A DNA stretch of 64,000 nucleotides, from assembly GCA_963844935.1 (NCBI GenBank), contig CAWJQH010000005.1:587058-651057 (forward strand), written 5' to 3'. The notes beneath the pieces are model-generated. The model made no database searches, was not told where the DNA came from, and saw only the letters and a program-made list of their open reading frames with translations. Of the stretch, positions 1-5,626 are shown one piece after another (position 1 is the first letter of the stretch; the number at the start of each line of letters is the position of its first letter). The position numbers and the translations under genes are program-made. Source of the DNA: an uncultured Bacteroidales bacterium. GTDB taxonomy: Bacteria; Bacteroidota; Bacteroidia; Bacteroidales; VadinHA17.

Positions 1-1
1 T

Positions 2-442
2 TTCTCATCGTCAGGTAACGTCGATAAGGCTTATGCTGACATTGAGATCCTCTCGCCCACAATGCTCGAGGTTGAGGTGCTTGAATGGTGGGACCAGTAC
101 CCGGTACAGGGTGCAAGCGTGATACTTTATCCGACCGAGACTGACTGGGACAATCAGACCAACGCAATCGTTGAAGGTTTCACCAACTCGGCAGGCAAGG
201 TGATATTCACCAACCTGGGACCTTATGTCTACTATATTGATATCTGGCATGAAACTCATAATAACTATATGCTCCGGGATGAAGACGTCGACTTTATAAG
301 GACTTACCAGCTTAATAAAAATGAACTTAATCAGTTCATCGGCTGGGTTGACTACACCGGGACAAAGAGTGCTTCCGGACGTGACAGGACGGTGCTTTCG
401 CCTTCAAAGAACAGGACCTTTTCCGCAACTAAAAGGAAGTAA
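2..442 (+). CDS. hypothetical protein, C-terminal part of a gene that starts upstream of the window
   Basis: The frame of the listed 62..442 ORF stays open back to nt 2 with no stop. It contains a short beta-sandwich-like segment (VQGASVILY...TNSAGKVIFTNL) resembling carboxypeptidase-regulatory domains. No catalytic motif was recognised. Confidence 0.45.
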   Translation, partial: FSSSGNVDKAYADIEILSPTMLEVEVLEWWDQYPVQGASVILYPTETDWDNQTNAIVEGFTNSAGKVIFTNLGPYVYYIDIWHETHNNYMLRDEDVDFIRTYQLNKNELNQFIGWVDYTGTKSASGRDRTVLSPSKNRTFSATKRK

Positions 443-495
443 TTCAGCAGGAGCATAAAAATCAGGGCAGCGATAAAGAATGTGATAAAATTAGC

Positions 496-503
496 TAAGT
501 TTG
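496..503 (+). promoter_or_regulatory. putative Bacteroidota -7 promoter element TAAGTTTG upstream of the symporter gene
   Basis: Exact match to TAnnTTTG. It overlaps the ORF-track TTG at 501, which argues for the in-frame TTG at 534 as the real start. Confidence 0.35.
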
Positions 504-533
504 TGTGTTCACGAACCTAATCAATTAATTCAC

Positions 534-2264
534 TTGGATACAAAATTCGCACTTGGCGGAATAGACTACCTGATCATGGGGGTCTATTTCGTTTTTGTAC
601 TGGGTATTGGATGGGCCCTGAAAAAGTACATGAAGAATGCCTCGGCCTTTCTTGAAGCTGGCAGATCCATACCGGCATGGGTGGCAGGCCTGGCATTCAT
701 CTCCACAAACCTTGGAGCGCTGGAGGTGATGGGTATGACCGGCTCCGGGCTGAAGTACGGTATGCACACCACTCATTTTTACCTGATAGGTGCAATTCCG
801 GCAATGGTCTTCCTGGCTCTTTTCATGATGAGGTTCTATTACGGTTCCAAAGCCAGGTCAGTGCCTGAATACCTGAAGCTGCGTTTCAATGAGAAGACCC
901 GGGGTCTTAACGCCATCCTGTTTGCAATAATGACTATACTTGCTTCAGGAATTGCCATGTATGCCCTCGCAATCCTCCTTGAGAATGTGCTTGGGTGGAA
1001 TTTCCTTGTCTCCCTTCTTGCATCGGCAGCAATAGTGCTTGCATATACATATCTTGGCGGTCTTTCATCAGCCATTTATAACGAAGTTCTGCAGTTCTTC
1101 ATCATCATAATCGGCCTGTTGCCGATGGCAATCCTTGTTATGAAAGACGTAGGAGGGTGGCACGGAATGCAGGCCAGCCTGGCACCAATAGTTGAGGCGA
1201 AGGGGTACGCTCCGGACACCTGGACTACACATTGGAAATATACAGGCAGCGCCTCCGATAACCCGTTCGGGGTTGCATGGTATGGCATCTTTGCCGGACT
1301 GGGCTTTGTTCTGGCTTTCGGCTACTGGTGCACGAACTTTCTTATCGTTCAGCGTGCCATGGCTGCCGAATCCATGACTGCGGCACGAAAAGTGCCTCTC
1401 ATCGGAGCCATACCAAAGATGTTCATACCGTTCCTTATCATCCTCCCCGGTATTGCTGCACTGGTACTCTTGAATGACCCTGCCAAAGGATTTGCACTGC
1501 CGCTGAATGACGCCGGTCAGCCTATATATGATTATACTATAATAATGCTCCTGAAACAGTACCTGCCGGCAGGTGTGCTGGGCCTGGGGGTCACTGCCCT
1601 CCTCGCATCGTTCATGTCAGGTATGGCCGGTAACGTATCTGCTTTTAACACTGTCTGGACTTATGACATTTACCAGAGTTATATAAGGCCTGTAACCGGC
1701 AATAAGGAGGCTGATGACAAACATTACCTGAAAGTCGGGAGGGTAGCTACAATCCTGGGTGTGCTGGCCAGCATCGCTGCAGCATTCATAGCAAGCAAGT
1801 TCGGAAACATCATGGACTTCCTCCAGGCGATCTTCTCAATGATCAACGCACCTCTGTTTGCAGTGATCCTGCTGGGAATGTTCTGGAAACGGTCTACCGG
1901 AAATGCAGCTTTTACGGGTCTGCTCGTTGGCTTCCTCATTGCACTGCTGCATCACGGACTTAGCGTACCTGAGGGAGCTACAACACTCGTCAAAGGAGGT
2001 TGGATCGCACCGCTGATTACTTATCCTGTTGAGATGGCTCAGAATTTCTGGACAGCAATTTACGCATTCTCGGCTGCAACAATACTGACAGTGATTTTAT
2101 CGCTTCTTGCAAAGCGCACCAAGACCGATGAAGAACTCAACGGCCTGGTCTATTCAATGACCCCCAGGCTCGACGACAGCGGCGTGCTGTGGTACAAGAG
2201 ACCCTGGTTCCTTGCTGTGATCGTCGGAATTATGTTCTTTGCCCTCACAATTTTGTTCTGGTAA
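534..2264 (+). CDS. sodium:solute symporter family (SSF/SGLT-like) transporter
   Basis: Polytopic membrane protein with a typical SSF N-terminus (IDYLIMGVYFVFVLGIGW...GRSIPAWVAGLAFISTNLGA) and about 13 hydrophobic segments. The start is uncertain: the ORF track gives 501, and 534 (TTG) fits the promoter motif. Confidence 0.85.
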   Translation: MDTKFALGGIDYLIMGVYFVFVLGIGWALKKYMKNASAFLEAGRSIPAWVAGLAFISTNLGALEVMGMTGSGLKYGMHTTHFYLIGAIPAMVFLALFMMRFYYGSKARSVPEYLKLRFNEKTRGLNAILFAIMTILASGIAMYALAILLENVLGWNFLVSLLASAAIVLAYTYLGGLSSAIYNEVLQFFIIIIGLLPMAILVMKDVGGWHGMQASLAPIVEAKGYAPDTWTTHWKYTGSASDNPFGVAWYGIFAGLGFVLAFGYWCTNFLIVQRAMAAESMTAARKVPLIGAIPKMFIPFLIILPGIAALVLLNDPAKGFALPLNDAGQPIYDYTIIMLLKQYLPAGVLGLGVTALLASFMSGMAGNVSAFNTVWTYDIYQSYIRPVTGNKEADDKHYLKVGRVATILGVLASIAAAFIASKFGNIMDFLQAIFSMINAPLFAVILLGMFWKRSTGNAAFTGLLVGFLIALLHHGLSVPEGATTLVKGGWIAPLITYPVEMAQNFWTAIYAFSAATILTVILSLLAKRTKTDEELNGLVYSMTPRLDDSGVLWYKRPWFLAVIVGIMFFALTILFW

Positions 2265-2281
2265 GTTAAAATATTGATATC

Positions 2282-2500
2282 ATGATAGATATAAGGTTTC
2301 CGTTAGGTCTGATGTTCTCAATATTCGGGGTGATCCTGACCATTTACGGCCTGGCCACGATAGGCCATCATGCCATGTATGCAACTTCACTGGGCATAAA
2401 TGTCAACCTGATATCAGGCATCTGTACCCTGGTATTTGGTATTGTGATGCTCCTGTTCTCCAGTCCTGTCAGAAGCAGATTGAAGAAGAAAAACCAATAA
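2282..2500 (+). CDS. small two-TM membrane protein, possibly an accessory subunit of the upstream symporter
   Basis: 72 aa with two clear hydrophobic helices and a basic tail (RSRLKKKNQ). It starts 17 nt after the symporter stop on the same strand. Confidence 0.5.
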   Translation: MIDIRFPLGLMFSIFGVILTIYGLATIGHHAMYATSLGINVNLISGICTLVFGIVMLLFSSPVRSRLKKKNQ

Positions 2501-2504
2501 CAAA

Positions 2505-2601
2505 TTTGCGATTGTCGATGTGCGATTGTCGATTTAAAAGTTATTAATCGCAAATCGCAAATCGCAAATTACAACTCGCAAATCGCAACTCGCAAATCCT
2601 C
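2505..2601. repeat. heptad-periodic inverted repeat array: (TTKBCGA)x4, an A/T loop, then (AATCGCA-like)x8
   Basis: Read directly. Left block: TTTGCGA TTGTCGA TGTGCGA TTGTCGA. Loop: TTTAAAAGTTATT. Right block: AATCGCA x3, AATTACA, ACTCGCA, AATCGCA, ACTCGCA, AATCCTC. TGCGATT in the left block is the reverse complement of AATCGCA. The array fills the gap between two convergent genes. Confidence 0.9.
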
Positions 2602-2620
2602 AGGTTTCCTGCCAGTTTTA

Positions 2621-3772
2621 TTACAGCTTATCGGAGAATACCGACGGCGGCAGTGTCCGCATGTTATATCTGGATGCCATGACCTCGCCGTAGGCTCCGG
2701 CGGAGCGTATTGCAATCAGATCACCGCGACGTGTCTCCGGGAGCTCAATAAACCTTGCAAAGGTATCAGCTGTCTCGCAGACGGGGCCTGCAACCGTGTA
2801 CTTTTTAACCGCAAGTGCCGAGGTCAGGTTGTCTATCCGGTGATACGCATGGTACAGTGCGGGCCTCAACAAATCAGTCATGCCTGCATCAAGAATGACG
2901 AATGTCTCAGATGCACCCTCCTTCACAAATAATACCCTTGAGATCAGTGAACCGCATGCGGCTGTCAGGGAACGGCCCAGCTCAAAAGAAATGGTGCTTC
3001 GTATCTTTTTATCGAGATGGTCGCGGAAGATGTTGAAGTAATCGGCAAATGCAGGCTGCTGATCAGGCTCGGAATAGTTTATTCCCAGTCCCCCGCCTAC
3101 GTTGATGTCAGCCGGTTCAAGTCCTCTGTCAGTGAACCAGTAATACAGTTCATTCACCCTTGAACAAAGGTTCCGGTAAACATGCATGTCGGTGATCTGT
3201 GACCCGATGTGAAAATGAATGCCGCTGAACGTAATGTTCTTCAAACGCGGCAGGAGCGAGATCACATTATCCAGCTCCGTAATCCTGATGCCGAATTTGT
3301 TCTCATCAGTCCCGGTAGTGATATACCATAATGTATGGGCTTCGACATTTGGATTGATGCGCAGGGCCACCCTGGCATTCATGCCCATCCGGCCGGCTAT
3401 TTCGTTTATGACTTCCAGCTCTTCAGTGGATTCGCAGTTGAAGCACTTTATGCCCAGTCTGAGCCCGGTCTCTATCTCATGATCGCTCTTGCCTACTCCT
3501 GCAAAAACAGTCGCGGCGGCCGGGAAACCGCAGCTTACCGCATGCTCGATCTCATTTCCGCTAACGCAGTCGGCTCCGAATCCGAACTCTGCGATGGTTT
3601 TCATGATTACGGGATTGAAGTTGGCCTTCACGGCATAGTGCACCTTAAATCCTCTTTCGGCTGCTTCCTTCGAAGCAACGGAGAGCGTCTCACGCAACAC
3701 TTTCGTATCATAATAATAAAAGGGTGTGCCGTGGGCCTTCAGTCTTCCGGTAATTTCTTCTGTAAATATCAT
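2621..3772 (-). CDS. lysA: diaminopimelate decarboxylase
   Basis: Orn/DAP/Arg decarboxylase fold-III PLP enzyme pattern (HYAVKANFNP, GADCVSGNE, FHIGSQ, GGGLGI). 4-nt overlap with the upstream aspartokinase gene. Confidence 0.9.
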   Translation of the reverse strand: MIFTEEITGRLKAHGTPFYYYDTKVLRETLSVASKEAAERGFKVHYAVKANFNPVIMKTIAEFGFGADCVSGNEIEHAVSCGFPAAATVFAGVGKSDHEIETGLRLGIKCFNCESTEELEVINEIAGRMGMNARVALRINPNVEAHTLWYITTGTDENKFGIRITELDNVISLLPRLKNITFSGIHFHIGSQITDMHVYRNLCSRVNELYYWFTDRGLEPADINVGGGLGINYSEPDQQPAFADYFNIFRDHLDKKIRSTISFELGRSLTAACGSLISRVLFVKEGASETFVILDAGMTDLLRPALYHAYHRIDNLTSALAVKKYTVAGPVCETADTFARFIELPETRRGDLIAIRSAGAYGEVMASRYNMRTLPPSVFSDKL

Positions 3773-5088
3773 GCTTCAGGAAATAGTTTTGAACTCAGCG
3801 ACCGCAGTGCTGTCGTCTTGTCGCTTGTATTTATGAGTATTGACACACTGTTTTCACTGCCACCGTAAGATATCATCTTCACCGGGATTTCATTCAGTGC
3901 CTCGAATATTTCAGGTGCGGAACCGACCCTTCCGGGACGGAAATCACCCACAACACAGATAATGGTCTGCTCTCTTTCAACCTCAACAACTCCGATTGAG
4001 CTTAGAGTTTTCACAATATCATCAAGGTAAGTCGCATCGTCAACAGTAAGGGAAACGGACACTTCAGATGTGGTGATCATGTCAATAGGGGTTTTGAATG
4101 CTTCGAAAACCTCAAAGATCTTTCTCATGAAACCGTAGGCCATGAGCATGCGGTCGGAACGTACCCTCAACACAATGATGCCGTCTTTTGCCGCCACAGC
4201 CTTGTAGTCTTCATACGTTGACACGGATGTGATAAGTGTTCCCTCATCAGACGGCTGCATGGTGTTTTTCAGCCTGACAGGGATATTTTTCATTCTGGCC
4301 GGATTGACGCTCGAGGGGTGGAGTATCTTGGCGCCGAAGTATGCAAGCTCTGCTGCCTCATCAAATGAAAGGCTCCTGATGACACGGGTATTTTCAACGT
4401 ACCTGGGGTCATTGTTATGAAGGCCGTTGATGTCTGTCCAGATCTGGACTTCATCTGCCCCGATAGCTGCACCTATTATTGTGGCGCTGAAGTCACTGCC
4501 GCCCCTGCGGAGGTTATCTGTCTCTCCGAATACATTTCTGCAGATGTAGCCCTGTGTGATTATGATCTTCTCGTCATTTACAGCTGACAGCTCCCGTTTA
4601 AGGTTCTCCCGGATATAGAAATAATCAGGCTCCCCGTCCTTGTCTATGCGCATGAAGTTCAGGGCCGGCACGAGGACAGAAGGGATACCGATTTCTGAAA
4701 GAAGAAAGTAAAGAAAGGCCGTAGAAAGAAGCTCCCCCCGCGCAAGTATGCGTTTCTCATTGTGCCTGCTGTATTCCCTTGAAAAAAGACTTTCGATATA
4801 GAAAAAATGTTCATCAGCAAGATCATGCGCCTTTAAAGTCCATGTTTCTGACGCGAAGAGGGCATCAGCCACTGCATGATACTGTTTCCGCATGGCTTCA
4901 CACTTGCTTTTTGCTTCATTCTTTTTCCCGTCGGAAAAAAGTGCAGACATCTCTGCAAGTGTATTCGTGGTGCCAGCCATTGCAGACAGTACAACGATCT
5001 TTTTTGTCTCGTCGTTTATAAGTGGAATCAGTGCCCTGAAACGTTCCGCCGTTCCGACGGAGGTGCCCCCGAACTTATATACTTTCAT
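3769..5088 (-). CDS. lysC: aspartate kinase
   Basis: N-terminus MKVYKFGGTSVGTAERF, a kinase core and C-terminal ACT-like repeats. Forms an operon with lysA. Confidence 0.9.
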   Translation of the reverse strand: MKVYKFGGTSVGTAERFRALIPLINDETKKIVVLSAMAGTTNTLAEMSALFSDGKKNEAKSKCEAMRKQYHAVADALFASETWTLKAHDLADEHFFYIESLFSREYSRHNEKRILARGELLSTAFLYFLLSEIGIPSVLVPALNFMRIDKDGEPDYFYIRENLKRELSAVNDEKIIITQGYICRNVFGETDNLRRGGSDFSATIIGAAIGADEVQIWTDINGLHNNDPRYVENTRVIRSLSFDEAAELAYFGAKILHPSSVNPARMKNIPVRLKNTMQPSDEGTLITSVSTYEDYKAVAAKDGIIVLRVRSDRMLMAYGFMRKIFEVFEAFKTPIDMITTSEVSVSLTVDDATYLDDIVKTLSSIGVVEVEREQTIICVVGDFRPGRVGSAPEIFEALNEIPVKMISYGGSENSVSILINTSDKTTALRSLSSKLFPEA

Positions 5089-5135
5089 TTTCTGTCAACG
5101 TCATCATTATGCGGCATGTCCTTATTTGCCGGGGT

Positions 5136-5143
5136 CAAATATA
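5136..5143 (-). promoter_or_regulatory. putative -7 promoter element TATATTTG for lysC-lysA
   Basis: The reverse complement of CAAATATA matches TAnnTTTG, 48 nt upstream of the lysC ATG. Confidence 0.4.
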
Positions 5144-5215
5144 AATAAAAGTGATACTCATGATTAAATATTTCCTCTCTTTTCTCCAAAGACGGCTATT
5201 GTTAAAAAAAATCTT

Positions 5216-5223
5216 TATTTTTG
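5216..5223 (+). promoter_or_regulatory. putative -7 promoter element TATTTTTG for the tRNA-Leu pair
   Basis: Matches TAnnTTTG about 55 nt upstream of the first tRNA. Confidence 0.35.
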
Positions 5224-5278
5224 CACCCGCTGTTAAAGACAAAAGGGAAAAGAACTTTTTTCTTTTATCTTGAAGCAC

Positions 5279-5365
5279 GCCCAGATGGCGAAATTGGTAG
5301 ACGCGCTAGTTTCAGGGACTAGTGTCAGCAATGATGTGCAGGTTCGAGTCCTGTTCTGGGCACCA
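5279..5365 (+). tRNA. tRNA-Leu (anticodon CAG), long variable arm, CCA encoded
   Basis: Acceptor GCCCAGA pairs with TCTGGGC. Anticodon stem CTAGT/ACTAG with loop TTCAGGG. T-loop GGTTCGAGTCC. Ends ACCA. Confidence 0.92.
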
Positions 5366-5449
5366 CCAACAGCGCAGAGCGCAGAGCAGAGAGCGCGGAG
5401 CAAAAGAAATCACAGCTCTGAGCCCCATGCCCCGGGCTCTGAGCCGATC
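5366..5449. repeat. inter-tRNA spacer with heptad-periodic repeats (AGCGCAG-like x4, then GCTCTGAGCC x2 spaced 21 nt apart)
   Basis: Read directly: AGCGCAG AGCGCAG AGCAGAG AGCGCGG ... CAGCTCTGAGCC CCATGCCCCGG GCTCTGAGCC. CAGAGC in the left block is the complement of GCTCTG in the right block. Confidence 0.75.
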
Positions 5450-5533
5450 GCCCAGATGGTGAAATTGGTAGACACGCCAGCTTGAGGGGCTGGTGCCGGT
5501 TACGGTGTGCAAGTTCGAGTCTTGTTCTGGGCA
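5450..5533 (+). tRNA. tRNA-Leu (anticodon GAG), long variable arm, no encoded CCA
   Basis: Same acceptor stem as the first tRNA. Anticodon stem CCAGC/GCTGG with loop TTGAGGG. T-loop AGTTCGAGTCT. Confidence 0.92.
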
Positions 5534-5540
5534 CAAAAAA

Positions 5541-5562
5541 AGCTGCGAGAGCAGCTTTTTTT
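5541..5562 (+). terminator. rho-independent terminator after the tRNA pair, possibly bidirectional
   Basis: AGCTGC-GAGA-GCAGCT hairpin, preceded by A7 and followed by T7. Confidence 0.8.
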
Positions 5563-5563
5563 A

Positions 5564-5619
5564 TTTGCGATTTGCGATTTGCGATTTGCGATTTGCGAAT
5601 TGTGGCTTACGACTTGCAA
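5564..5619. repeat. tandem heptamer array (TTTGCGA)x5 plus three degenerate units
   Basis: Read directly: TTTGCGA x5, then ATTGTGG, CTTACGA, CTTGCAA. The unit is the reverse complement of the TCGCAAA register of the right block at 2546-2601. Confidence 0.9.
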
Positions 5620-5626
5620 ATGGGAT

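Noticed and set aside
2505-2601. Possible CRISPR array, considered also for the repeat arrays at 5564-5619, 15491-15560 and 39055-39145
   Set aside because: The units are 7 nt and directly abutting, with no spacers. There are no cas genes in the window. This is tandem microsatellite-like architecture, not CRISPR.
3335-3868. 177-aa plus-strand ORF spanning the lysA/lysC junction
   Set aside because: It is antisense to two clearly identified, translationally coupled genes, and no recognisable motif is present.
5089-5278. Lysine riboswitch (L-box) upstream of lysC
   Set aside because: A TAnnTTTG promoter motif at 5136-5143 leaves a leader of only about 48 nt with one 5-bp hairpin. That is far too short for the five-helix L-box, and I could not find the conserved L-box core sequences in the reverse complement.
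5270-5536. ORFs of 69-74 aa on both strands (5270..5485, 5312..5536, 5325..5534)
   Set aside because: They overlap two well-formed tRNA-Leu genes and the repetitive spacer, so they are artefacts of open frames across RNA genes.
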